Source: Raillietiella orientalis | Lineage: Eukaryota | Direction of reading: 5' to 3' | NCBI GenBank assembly: GCA_036172245.1 | Contig: JAYWIR010000039.1 | Location: forward strand, 1,984,001-2,020,959 | DNA: 36,959 nt | Shown here: positions 12,001-24,532 of the stretch, piece by piece | Position numbering within the stretch: the first letter of the stretch is position 1 | How the letters are laid out: each line of letters opens with the position of its first letter | Made by a program: the position numbers and the translations under genes | Notes under the pieces: generated by a model | What the model was told of the DNA's origin: nothing | Databases searched by the model: none | Seen by the model: only the letters and a program-made list of their open reading frames with translations

Positions 12001-13800
12001 TCGAGGCGACCCGCGATGAAGCCCTTCCCACTTCTTACCCGAGCCCTCTGGTCAGCATTCAAACCCCCGGGCTTGCGGAGTTTTCCCATTTCCGATGCTC
12101 GCCTGCAGGAACCTTGGAAACACAAACCTCGCGCGTCCCTCGTGAGAAGAACTTGCTCCCGGGAAACTCGTCGTGCCTTCCCGACGAAGCGCTCGTTGCC
12201 CTACGACCGCCCCGCTTCCACGACCGAGATGGGCGAGCGTGGCATCCAAAGGCTAACGGGTGCAGCATCCATTGTGCTCCACGTGGAACAGATCGACCGA
12301 GACGGATGCGCTTGGGTGGCCGCCGCGTCGGGTCCTCCCGTTTGCTTCTGCCTTCCCAAGATGCGAGAATGCATAAATTCGAGGTTTACCGAAGCTGTAG
12401 ATCGGAAAGGCGAGACGTTACTCAGGGAGGAAGGCGAGGATCGCTGTGCCCGCCAGCAAGAGGCTCGAGCCGTCTCTCGCTCGCCGTTCTCCGTACCTCT
12501 TTCAGAACCTCCGTCGCCCAGTCGACGTGCGGACCGCTCCGAGATCGTCCGGAGGCGTGGCAGCGTTTGCCGTCCGCATGATTGCAACCCATCTCTGGAG
12601 GGAGACGGCCCGGAGCACAGGGCAATAGTGCCGCAATAGGAAGTGCAGCGAAGATGGAGCGATGCAGATGCTCTGGAAACGACGGAGAGGCTGCTGGAGC
12701 AGGGAGGCTGCTCTCCGGAAAGGAGAAAGAAGAAGAGGAGGTGGACAAAGGAGTGGGACTGGGGAGCGGGAAAGAAGGAAAGAGAAAAACAAAGAGGTTC
12801 GATCTGTCCAGTCCGCCTGCGGAGAGGCAGCCTCCATCGCTGCATTCGGGAGGGATGCAAGTGCACGACGCACCTTGGCGGAGTCTTGATTTTTCCGGGA
12901 AAGAAGCGCTCGTGCACGTCTACAGAGGACGAGTGCGGCGCTCTCGAACCGCGCAAGCGGGAATCCAGAAGAGAAGGAGGAGGAGGCGGTCACCGAAAGC
13001 AAGGAGGGCGCGTCAGCCCGGGCTTTCCCACCAGTTCGTGGCGGCCGGCTAGTTCGAGATCTCCTCAGGGCAATAGAATCCGTACGCTCGGAAAATTGGG
13101 GATGCGGAAGAAGCTGGCAGCCAGAGGGGCTTCGCGAAACTCCGGGAGCGGCTGGCCGCCGGTCTTGTGGGAAGGCTGCGCGCGCTCACGCTTGCGGACG
13201 CGGCGGCTCCTGCTGCTGCGCAGGTCTGCTTCCCCCTTGGAGCCTATTCTCGCCCTCGACTGCGCACCTTGAGAAGGGAGCGGATGAAGCGCGGGCATAC
13301 GGAGAAGCATTCCGCCGCGTGCTGCGGAAGGACCCACACCGCTTCGGGACGCGCGAAGCGAAAACAACCTGAACTGTCCCGGAAAACCTGGCTCGAGCCC
13401 TCCGTCTTCGGATCGTGAGCGCTCGGACGCACGTCCGCTCATTCCGGCACGAGCAGCGGGCGCTGGAGTACGCGCGGTCGAGCGTAAGGGTGGGCGGACC
13501 ATGGTTCCTCCTTGCTGCGGACTCGTCCCTGCTGTAAGAATCACCGGCAATGAAGAGTCCAAGGAGAGCGGATGCTGTCCCAAACTCTGTAATCGTTTGG
13601 AAGGCGGAAACAGCGAGAAGCTGGAGAATCGTGAGACGTCCGCGGAGTCGAATCGGCAAGAACACTTCCACTTTTCGGATGGTTCTCCCGGTGCTGCAGT
13701 GCCGCTGTTCTCCACATGGGGGAGCTCCCGAAGCTCTTTGTCGCCTTCCGCGCCATCCGTGGGCGCGTCCAACTCTTCAAGTTATGGGAGATAGCCACAT
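9030..13800 (-). mobile_element. Highly degenerate, near full-length L1/Tx1-like LINE remnant
   Basis: Collinear, frameshifted motif echoes on the minus strand: knuckle-like PKRCG (about 13340), endonuclease-like LAVCAP..EKFHFF (about 11920-11965), EILTRIA (about 10560-10580), LVDGKTPYD (about 10395-10420), GI..GCAP..ILF (about 10195-10230) and FVRYLG (about 9940-9960). An A-rich tract near 9030-9075 may be the tail. Confidence 0.45.
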
Positions 13801-14049
13801 CCTTACGCAACCATCGGGTGGAAGGCTCCGGAGGAAGAAGGCATCCATTCCAGACTTACTCTTGGATGTGCACCCACGAAAAAACCCTTGTCCTGGATGT
13901 CGTCGAAGGAACTGTCTTCCTCGTTATCGGTATCCGGAGGCGTCCTTTGATCATGTGGCCGCTCTTCGTTTCATCTCCGAAGGGAACCAGGAAAGAATAG
14001 GTCCCTGGATGTGTTCTTCGTTAGGAATTGAGCGGTGAGCCTATCTGGT

Positions 14050-15350
14050 TACTTCCCTGAAGAACGTTTCCGAAGGGACGATCTCCGATTTTTGTGAAGG
14101 AGGCTCCGCGAAAGGAACAGCGCCCTGCTCAACACTCTGAAGAGAAAACCTCTTTTAAGGTGTAACGACCTGCTTCATGGCACGCGATGGGGCGTCGCTA
14201 AAGTCTCGACGGGCCCACCTCAACTGGTGGTCCGTCGATTTAGCTGCACGCAGGCGTCGGATTTTGGCCAGCATCTAATCGAGTTCCCTTTGTATTCCTG
14301 CTGCTGAGTAGTCTCCGGGGATGCATGGTGTTGGTGAAGGGGTCGCGCCATCTACTGCTGAGTTCCCTGCGGCAACGTGATTCCGTGTTCGTTCCATCTG
14401 CGCATCGGAAGCTGCGAAGGCTGCAACGAGTTCCGCGTTTACGGGGAACAGCTTGAGGCTCCCAACCTGCAAGTGAATCCTGCTCGCACGTCATCCGGGA
14501 GCGCGGAATGCGTGCGCGGTGCGTGACAAACGAGGCAACCCACTCCGATCGGAAGTCTCGAATGACCCCGCCTAGGCTACGGAAAGAAGTCGCGGCGAAT
14601 AAGGAAGAAGAAGCAGCTGATGATGCAGATATGGAATGCGGGCCATCTACAAGACACCTAAGTTGCTACCCCGAAGGAAAGGCGGAGAGCTCAAGTGCCA
14701 GGAACCGGCTCGCGGTCCATTTCTCCATAACTGCATCCGATCTCTTCTGAGAGCGCGTTCCCTCCAAGAAGTCATGTTCGATGCAAATCGATTCTCCTTG
14801 CCTATCGGACCAAACCCGATGCCCTCCATACCGACAAGCAGCGGGCCGACACTGCGCCCGCCATAAGCATCTCTCGGTCGCTATGCGAACGGTCGAGCAG
14901 TCCGGCGCGAGGCGGAGGTAGCGGCCGCAGGAGATGCACTCCATCCTCCACGGTGCCACTGCCGCCATCCTAACAAAATGTACGCCGTTTCCGACGTCGC
15001 CTGATGCTCGCATCGCTGCTTCTTGTAGCAGTTTCCCCGCCTCCGGTGCCATGCGGAACCATCAACGACGCTTTGCTTTCCTCCAAACTGGCGCTCAACA
15101 GCGATGTTCCGGCAGCACGGCAGCACAAGACGCCCTTGGTTTCGGAAACGCAGACGACGGCATGTACCTCACGGGGCGGTGGTGATGCTATTTCCAGCAC
15201 CCCCCGGATGATCCGTGGTTTCGTGTAACCGCATGTGGATTTCGCCGCAGCGATCGCTCGTTGTCTGGCACGCGCACCCGCTCGCTCGTGCAACCCTTCG
15301 TTTCGGAACGCTAACCAGGGAACGATTTGAGACTGCTGAGGGTAACCGAG
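14050..15350 (-). mobile_element. Possible decayed Ty3/Gypsy gag-protease fragment
   Basis: CISCGRYLRLAPDC (degenerate CCHC knuckle, about 14897-14938), then RLDAG (LDTG-like, about 14268-14282) and RSLLHK (GRDLL-like, about 14090-14108), in the expected order. Confidence 0.3.
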
Positions 15351-17139
15351 CGCCGTCAGATTCGACCCTTACGAGTCCTCGTCAGCAGCAGCAGGCTCCG
15401 ATCTCACGTGCGGAAGGACATCTCACTTGCGTGGGAGAAGGAGCGCATTGCACGGTTGCGAGAGGGCGCGAGGACGAGCGCATTAAATGGAGGTGCTGGT
15501 TATCTTGCGAAGGTTGCAGGTGTCACCACGCGAGACCACGGTCCCCGGAAGAAGGCATCTCCATCATCTGCTCGAGCTGCTGCCGTCGTGAATGCTCGCA
15601 GCCGGCTTCGCTGATGCGAAGGAGCGAACAGAAGCACCAAGAGCGTGTGATGAAACCGTAACGGTCAGGTTTTTTACGGCCAACGCCGTCCACGTGCTTG
15701 GAGCGTGCAATTATTCCGTCTCCGCGGAGTTCGTTCCCCGTCCCTGCCGAAATTTCGGCTATACGTCGTTGTTTTGGGTGCGTTTCGCTGCGACGCGCGT
15801 CCAGAAGATGCCTTCGGATCCCTAACAACGGTCAGTACGACGGACAGACGGAGAGTACACGCTATCGCCCGAGACAAAGGGAACGAAGAAAATGCGGACG
15901 GTTTCGACTGGAGATGGTCCGCTTCGTGAAATTGGACAACCGCGAACCTTCGGCTGCCACCCCCACCAGTCAGCAGCCATGTAGCTCCCATCCTGCGTCG
16001 TGGAATCTGTGCGTGGGACTGTGAGGAGGAACGAGAGTGTGCGAGTTGGAGAAACGTGACAGCTGCATCCCCATCCATCCTATTTCGTTTCCTGCTTTTC
16101 TCAACGTCCTTGCCACGGCAAGTGCCGCGGAAGCCCCGTCGCGCGCCGAGGGGACGTCCTGCGTTTCGCACTGCCCCATGCATCGGTGACACTCACATTG
16201 GGAAGCGCGAGCAAACTTCTCTCTGGAAGTATCCAAGGATCATTGAGAGACTGCTTAAGAGGGGACAACAAAGAAGCGCTCAACGCCGGGATGAGTCTCC
16301 TCCTCCCTGGTCGCCTTGCATTTCGAGTCGAAAGAAGCGCACGGCTCCATTCGTTGCCTGCGAGGAAACTTACCGCTGCGAAAGAATGCGGATAGGTGGG
16401 CTGCTGCGACCGTTGCAATGGAGCACGGAAGGAATTCGTTCTTGGGCGGACTTGGGACTCGTCACTCAAGGAGGCGCGGGTCCGTGCGCGTGAGTAACTG
16501 CGAATCGCCGTCAGCAGTGCATGTGACGAGTCACCACCTATCTGTTCTCGTGTAGGCGAAATTTGTGAAACAGGGCGATCACATGGGCTCCTGAGACCCG
16601 GTTCTAGCGGCATTCGGAACCGGGAGAGTCGCTCCTGCGAGACCCGCGTGCTGAGCACCGCCTCGACCTCGAATGCTGAAGACCTGCTCCTGCGGAGTTC
16701 GTCAAAGTTCCGTGCGGCAAGCAGATCGGGGAAGGAAGTGGGGTGCGACTCTTGCTCATCCCGTTCCCAGGAGGAAGGTTTGAACGAGCGCGACCTACCG
16801 GGACTTGCTTTCTTTGCAAGAGTGCTGTGAAAGCATCGTGAAAGCATCTTTCGGTTTTCAACTCATCGCAATCCGTGAAAGTGCCTGGTGAGGAATGTGT
16901 CGTGGCGAATCCCCGATTCTGACAGCTCGCAGCGGGGATCGATCACAGCGAAGTGCACCCGCAAAACTCACAAGCGCTATTGAGCCATGTTGAGCGTTGC
17001 AAACAGCAGCTGCCGCTGCGACCACGATCTCGTAAGATGCAAAGTGGGATGGATGAACGATTGAGCCTATGATGGATGGTAGTGACTCAAGCCATCCGCA
17101 TGAGTGAAGGGAGGTGCCGCGTCAACTGCCTGACATGCA

Positions 17140-18740
17140 GGGAGAGCCAACAACATGCATCCTTGCGGCAGAATTTCTTTTTTGTTTCCTCATTCGAAAA
17201 CCCACGTTTCCTCAGCTACTCTGCGTTCGGTCTTTCTCTTTGGAGAATTCGGAAACTCACCACTGGCAGCAAATTTATTCTGCTGGAGCAATCCTTTCTA
17301 AAAAGAGTGAAATGAGTGCAATCGCCTCTGCGAACTATGGTTCATGGCTCGGGACAGCATCTTCAGCAAAGATTGTCACTTTGACGCGAATACTTTAGTT
17401 TTGAAGCAACTGAAGATTTGATCTTCGTGCATCCCACTCTCTTTGCTCCGATCGATCATCGTGGTTCACTTGGGACCTGTTAGGGGTGACGCCCACACAT
17501 CGTAACTAGGAAGCGTTTCCTTCGGCACCATCCTGTTGAGTTCATCCCTGGAGCGCGCATTCACGAAGGCAATGGGCCGTTTTGGGGGAACCGGAAGCGC
17601 GTCACAGACCTGACGAGCTCCCAGCCGCCTTCAGTAGGAAAGGGCTGCCAAATGGAAGCCAGCCCTTCGTCCGCTGGATGTGGATCGGCCGTTAAGAAGG
17701 GAGGGCGTTTCCACAAAGCCTTTTTTGTTTTTTATTTCGTGCCTGTTCATTGTCTGGTTGGACATAGTCCGTGAGAAGCTGTGGTTACGGGTAATGCAGC
17801 CTCGTCCGTTCAATCGAGTTTCAAAGAGTGGGGACAACCTCCACTTATGACCATCTTCGTATTGTTTTCCTGGGATCAAAGAGAGACCCTGAAGTAGGAA
17901 AGCGATACTGGAATTGGAAAATTAGTAGATTTTTGAAGGCTATTAAGGACTCGAGTGGAATGCGCATAGCACTGGAGGCACCTTAGGCGAAGATCATGTT
18001 CAGCATGTAGGAAACGCGAATGGACGGGAGTCGGGTTCTCTGTTGACAGAAGGCAAAATACATGGAGACATCGAATCGAGCGGACAAGAAAGAGATTCTT
18101 CATGCAAACCGAGGAGCGTGCCGATTCCTCTACACCAATCGCGATCAGAAAGCGGCGTTGAATCGAGTAGTGGAGTGCTTCCACGTAATCAGACTTGCTG
18201 ACACGCATAGGCTGGTCATCAGGAAGTCCACCCGGTGAAATCGGCTCTGTGGACCACTGAACGTTGACGAGTATGCACAGTTCTGCAATGCTTTGATGTG
18301 TCGGAGCCAAAGGTCCTGGATCAACATCGTGAAAACATTTTCGCTGCTGAAAAGAAAAAAAATATATTTCTCTTGGAGAAGGCTGGGATTTTTCGTTTTT
18401 CACAAGCATGAACGAAATGCGAGGACGGTTGCTGCAACTTAGTGTGATCGTTTTCCGATAGGCGGGTGGAGGCTGCTCCGGAAGACAAAAAATTACCAAC
18501 GTCGTCATCCATTTACGAGTGGGCGACCTAGTAGTTTGCCCCATCGGCGGTGAGGTTACCGCGTATGCATGCTGTCCCACAGCGGCAACGAATTGCGACC
18601 ATCGCAAACGCCTAACACGGAGGAATGGGATAACAAAACCAGGGTGTCGGAGTGACCAGGAGCTCTGCTGACCTGCGTTAATTCTCGCAAGGCGTGGAGG
18701 TCTCCTCTTCGTTAGAAAATCGGCACACTTTCATGACGTC
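17140..18740 (+). mobile_element. Decayed Ty3/Gypsy pol fragment (RNase H and integrase)
   Basis: Collinear frameshifted motifs: AGAILS..AIASA (GAVLxQ..PIAYAS-like, about 17280-17332), FAPIDHRGSL (TDHKPL-like, about 17445-17472), HPVEFIPG (about 17529-17552), GPLNVDEYAQFC (DNGPQF..EF..FC-like, about 18250-18286) and LRVGDLVV (about 18513-18536). Confidence 0.55.
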
Positions 18741-19449
18741 GAAATTTAACCGATAAGGAACGACAAGGATCTCAGTGGACTGCAGCGGGGGACACAAGGC
18801 AAAAGAGAAAGACAAAAAAGACAGGAATGCAAAAGGATTGAGCTTCGAATTCGAGCCACAATAGGTGCGTTGAAAGATCGTTTGTCAAAGGCAGAACAAG
18901 AGCAACATCGCGTGATGTCTGGGTGCATTGGAATCTTCCATTTGCTTCAACGTGTGATGGGCTGACAATTTCAAGGTTTACATGCTATTTCTTCACCATC
19001 AGAATCGGCACAGCAAGAAAACTGAGTGTTCGGTGTTCATCATCGCGAAGGTGGAAAATTGCAAATGTGATTCGGACCGCTCAAAGGGATGAAGGGAGCG
19101 AATTTGAAAGCTGCGAAAAAAGGAGAAGCGGTTGCCTGTGAAAGTATCCAAAAGGAAAAGAAGAAGAGAAAGAGGAAGTGCAGAAACACATGTGGAATGC
19201 GTCAGCACGACGTTTTCACAGCTTCTGATGCTGCACGCGTATACGGCCATCGAAATGCCTATCGATGCGAAATCAAAAATCGTACGCCGAAATCGAAAGC
19301 TCCCCTCGAATGCACGGGAATCCCTGCAAGGGGGGTCGTTGAAGCAGCTTTCCTGGCGATTCGGTTACAGCACTGAGAACACCTCGAATGCCGTTCACAA
19401 ATGAGCACCCATCGAGTCTTTCAGTTGTTATGTCGCTCCTTAACGCCGC

Positions 19450-20200
19450 CCTCCATGGACTGCCTCGGACGTCCTTCTCGAGAATGCTTTGAAGTGCACG
19501 TCTCCCATGGCAAGTGGAGTGCAGTGGAAGTTGGTTACGTCGAAGGTGAAGTTGCCTTGAGGGAAAGCAGTGCCGTAGCTGGGATGGTGCAGTTCGTATC
19601 TCTACATATGAGAAAGGATTTGGGATTCACGAATGACAAGACGAGCGCCGATTGCAGACGGTACGGCCGTTGAACATCTGAGAATCGCCGCAGTGCCTCA
19701 GACATGGTAACTCGAAAGAAGAGCGGACATTACTGAAGAGTCGCTTGAGAGCAGAGTTGATGGCGGTAGCAATTGCTATGCGAAAGGGGGAACATTTCGG
19801 GTGACGGTTTTGTTTGGTGCCAACAGATATAGACGAACCAATACTTTTTCCAGGGACGCGTGTGTGTGTCACCCTATATAGCACTTCTCATTCGAATTGG
19901 CTGTCGAAAACAAAGAAAAAGTGAGGTCGATCGTATGATGCCGTCGAAGAACAGTCTGGAGATCCTTAGAAATCTCAAAAAAAGGTTTCCGCACTCAAGA
20001 ATGGTGGGAACCATTTCTAGCAGTCCACCTTAACGAGTCGTTCCGAAGGATCAGTGAGATGTGAATCGAATGAAATGCCTATTTGTAACACATGGTCTGC
20101 ATCTAGAAAACTAATGGGTTCTTCCACGTGCTGACTCATGGTACGGGCATGAAGAAACTGCAACATATGCTTGGCTTTTTCGAGGAATGGCAGTGGGGTT
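19450..20200 (-). mobile_element. Possible second decayed Gypsy RNase H / integrase fragment, opposite orientation
   Basis: MSQHVEEPISF (about 20108-20140), THTRVPGKS (about 19843-19870) and PWE/VHF (PWxxVHxD-like, about 19490-19510), in the expected order. Confidence 0.35.
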
Positions 20201-20777
20201 ATACGAAACGGAAAAGGAGGAGGACGTTCTACAGCCCCTTCCTCCAAGAACGAAGAAAGGAAGAGGGACTTCTAGGCAGGCTGCAGCTTTCTTCGTTTGG
20301 TATGAGGACGGAGCTACGCATTGCGCGACACCTCAACTCTGCGGGTCAGATATTCGTGCAATGACCCCTGGAAAATGCAGTAAATCGATGTGCAAACATG
20401 ATCCTGGCAGAAGACTCAAGTTCAGCTACCGGGTCGTGCATTTCGTTAGCTACAAATGATGACATCTCAAGTAATCCAGTCCATTCTCATCCCTTTCTGT
20501 GGTTATACAAGAAATGGATCAAGTCAGAACGGAATACCGGACCCGTGCAATTTCCAAACGCCAATGTCTTAGGTTTCAGGTTTGCCACTCACATCGCCCT
20601 CTGACCTCTTTCGGTCGTTTCCCCTCGCTTCCCGCTTTTTAATTGACTTTTGGTGTTCACGGAAGTTCAAGGGATTGTTCAAAGCGATCGAACCTTCTGC
20701 GGGGGGCGTCACGAAGACGTACCGGGCTACCTTCGTACTAAATGCGAGGTTCGATAACTAATACGATTCGCAGCGAA

Positions 20778-23001
20778 TACGATTTTCGTTACAAACACAA
20801 AGGGCCTTTCGGGATGACCACAGAGTTCTCATCATTTCGTCATTCTCTTCAGGATCACTGATGAATGTAGTGCGGATACAAAACTCGCCTTGCTTCGCGA
20901 ACTCGCGCAACGGGACGTGCCTTACTGCAGGAGAGTGCAGGAATGCCGGCGGTATGAGGAATGGGCAATGTGCCCTGGGAATCGGCGTATGCTGCATAGG
21001 TAAGCCACGAAATGATCACATATGGAAAATGGTCAAACTTCCAAAGTGATACTTGGATGCGGGCGAAGTGCAAGAGTAAACAATACCTACTTCGAGAACA
21101 CGACGGACATCCTGACGACCGGAGGGACATGCCAAGCGTCGGTCCAGAAACTGAGCTCGCGTATCCAGCAATTCAGGTGAGAAAGGGGGAACTGTTCGAA
21201 CCCATAGGGGGACCTCTGAGCAAAGGATGACCTCATGGATTCGGTTCCATTCAAATGTTGAGTACCGAGCTGAAGGAGCTCGTAGGCAACTCTATGAGGC
21301 CTGAATCCGCTGCGTAATGGAGAAGGACGCGAGTCTCGCTCGTTGGGAACGAGCTGCTCGTCTTCTCACAGCGGGAGGGAGCGCACAGATCCTGGAATGG
21401 TTGCCCCTCACCATCGTATCGAGATGGTGTTCAGTGTTTGAGAGGTTTGGTAGATGTGAGCAGCAACTTATCCTTGGATATTCGTTTCACCCTCGATGGT
21501 TCCCAACTGTCAGCCAAATGCGGCTGTGCCGATGACCTGCTCAACTCCTGGCAGGACTTTTGAGGTGAAGGAGCCAAATTGCGGTTTCGCCTGAGACCCC
21601 TCCCGGCAACACGATCCGAAAGGCCGTCCACCGATGACGGTCAGCCGCCACAGTGGAAAACACGAACGTTTATGCGGTTGGGGAAATCGTGTCTACGGGA
21701 AGCACATCCAGTTACATGCCATGTCAGGGACTTTTTCTCTGCAGGTTCATGACAGGAGACATGCTGTAGGGCGAAGTGCTACTTGAGGATACTGTTGCGT
21801 GCCGCAACAGCTTCCGTGGAGGTACGCATGCTGGAAAGGAATTTTTCTACTCAAGTGGAAGGACAGTTGATAAATGGGAGTCTTTGTGCAGTTCTGCTCC
21901 TGTGAGAATCGCGCACGAACGTCCCTTAAATTTAAGCCGGCAAAACGCGAAAATGAAGTATATGAGCTTCAGCAGAGAAATATCCGTACTTGGGAACCAT
22001 AGGGAAACAGAATAGGTGTAAAGGCAAGCAAGTCCAAAGGTCAGCACATACGGCAGCGGAGGTCACCGCAGTAAGCCTTTTTGTGGGAGAAACGTTGCGT
22101 GCTATAAGAAGGGGTACTCGCAGGAGCTGTGTGAAGGGATCTCGGCTAGAAGTCACCCGAGAAAGAAGGCAGGGATTCCTTACACATCGAGGCTCAACTC
22201 CAAGCAACAGTCCTGCTGAAATCGGAACCCAACGTCACGGGAAATGTTAGTTCATCCGCGGCGCTGATCTCGTACTACGGGGTCAATCCATCTGGTGTGA
22301 AGTAGGGGAAGAGATGGAGGTTCGGGAAACACTATCGGCGGATTTCTGCACCCTCGAAACGACTTCCTGCCTTTGTGAATCTGTTAGAGTCTTGAAGTGA
22401 TTTCTGACAAGTGAATGCCACTGCTGCCTTTGCCTACGTGGCATGCCGGCCGGTGTCTGCTGCTATGAACCAGCAGTGCAGTGCTCGTTGACAGATATCC
22501 GTGAAGTTGCTCGGGTTACTTGCCAAAACTGCTTGACTGAAGTACAGTCAGGAGACCCAGGACTCCCTTGCCAGCTGCGATAGTGAAGCCCGTCCTTTTC
22601 TATTTTAGTGTATGTGAGTATGGACGCTGCAACTACGGGAGTTGCGCTCGCCATCACGACTGCTGCTGAGATGGCTGGGGAAGCAAGATCCTAGTCCATC
22701 CGTGTGTTGCAGATTGAATCCGGATCCGAGTATCTGAGTAAGTGGATGGAGCTGTCTCATTCCTTGGTTTGTCGAATTTGCTACCCAAGCATCGAATGCG
22801 CTGCCTGCTCGTCCCGCGCGCGGTAGAAGGTTGCGCTGTTGTGGGTGTGGACGCCGGGAATGTCCCTTTTCGCTTTCCACTTCACCACAAGATAGGGAAT
22901 GTGCAAAGGAAGGCGAGGAGAGGCTCAATGCGACGTTGTGCATGCCGTAGTGGGGAAAACAGAATCTTGGCAAGGAAAGAGCAGCAAATTTCTAGAGGAC
23001 T
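20778..23001 (+). pseudogene. Partial duplicate of the CUB-like gene: exon 2 (20853-20999), exon 3 (21047-21176), exon 5 (22609-22737)
   Basis: Direct repeat of about 625-1997 plus about 2572-3416 (offset 20153 in the first block). The exon 4 segment is absent, exon 5 has TGG>TAG at 22692-22694, similarity ends at a LINE at about 23002, and no exon 1, 6 or 7 was found. Confidence 0.9.
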
Positions 23002-23399
23002 CAGAAATACTTGTGCGCTTCAAGCAAGGACGATGGACTCGGTCTCCTGATGTCGGATCGCATGGAGCGTCAGCTTCAAAGCGGGAAACTTGCCCTCGTG
23101 GCAAAACATTGGACAGCACCATGTTGTGCGCCCGCACGACTCCTCGCAGGCAGGTCAACCGGTCGCTGCGGATTGACCTCAATCCTATTATCCAACGACC
23201 GTAGTCTCAACCATTGTAGGCTTCAGCTACGATACCTGGTTGCCCTGGTGAGGGACTACCCGTGGATCTCCTGCGTTCCCGCGGACTGGACTACCTGACT
23301 CCAGGAGTCCGTTTCCGCGTGGGCAAAAGTCAACGGTTGCAGCGAGATGGACTTGTTCTCGGACAATTCCATTCGGCGTGACACTCGGGATTGCAGCGT

Positions 23400-24520
23400 A
23401 TGCTAGTTCCGGAAGAAGGCTCACCCTGGCTGACCGAAACAAGGCGGGAACATCGCCTTCGTCTCGGATCAGCCTCGTCAACTGAAGCACCAGGGGTGCC
23501 AGCTCTTCTGCGAAGCACTGGAAGAACTCCGCGGGCAGGCCGTCCTCCCTGGTGCTTTCCGCCTCTTGAGCCTTTTGATCCCGTCGAGAATTTCGCCGGT
23601 CGTAAAGAGCTCGTTGGGTCTTTCCTTCTCCTCCTCCCCTATTACCAGGTCTCCGTTTGGTAGCAGAAGCCGGGAGGCGTCTCGTCCCTAGGGGGCCTTG
23701 GCGTAAAGGGAGGAATAATAACTCCTCACGAGATTCCGTACCGCAGCAAAGGTCCCAGTCCTCGAGACTATGGAGCATGACGCCTCTCGGGAATTCGCGA
23801 AGATGTTCGTTGCATGAGGCCTTACCACGCCCTGCATGAGGGGCCCTTATCGCGCAAGCATACCAACCGGAAAAACCAACCGGAAATGGTCAGAAAGCTC
23901 CGACGGAAGTTTCCCTCGCCTGCCGAACGGTGGGCACAGGTCGTCGTCGAGGAAAACGTGGTCGACGCTGTTGACCATTTCCGGGAGATCCCTTAACAAG
24001 TTGCGCGTGCGCATAGCAGCGCACAAATCATTAGCCGTCCGTTCCTGTGCGTGGGGTTCACCTGAGAGCAGGCGAAGGTTGAAGTCGCCAGCAATCAGGT
24101 GAGCCCTGCGCACGTTCGCTTCCACCAGCCAGTCGCGCTTCAAGGTTTCCAAGAACGCTATACGTTCCAAATACCAGACAGCACCGCTGTGGGCGTACAC
24201 GTTTGTTACGACGAGGTCGATCGTGCCGCACCATCTGAGAATCAGCTGGCCGACCCGACCGGCGCCGTCCTTCACGGTAGCGTCAACCGCCAGCTTCATG
24301 AAAAACGCGACGTCACAGGTGTTGCGGGCGCCGCAATGCCACAGCAGCCGCCCTCCTGCGATCCTCTCAATCTCCTGGGCGTTCTCTGCGGTGATCACGT
24401 GGATCTCCTGCAGGAGCGCCAGGTCGAAGTCACGCAGGGTGGCGGCCGTGTCCCGTCTGTTGCCGTCGTCGCGCTACCCGTTGATGTTCCAACAGGTCAC
24501 GCGTATCCGACGGCGACAGG
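23400..24520 (-). pseudogene. LINE ORF2 N-terminal part (APE endonuclease, linker, start of RT), disrupted
   Basis: Premature TAG at 24474-24476 directly after WNING; ORFs 23847-24398 and 23227-23778 carry the endonuclease and early RT motifs. Confidence 0.85.
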
Positions 24521-24532
24521 CGATCCCAGGTA

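Noticed and set aside
16101..16847. 248-aa minus-strand ORF
   Set aside because: Ser/Arg-rich, no recognisable motif or splice structure, and located among TE debris.
8720..23400. Idea that the 6.3-8.7 kb and 23-26.3 kb LINE pieces are one element split by a 14.7-kb insertion
   Set aside because: The right-hand element appears to have its own, different C-terminal region at 23002-23400, so they are more likely separate insertions.
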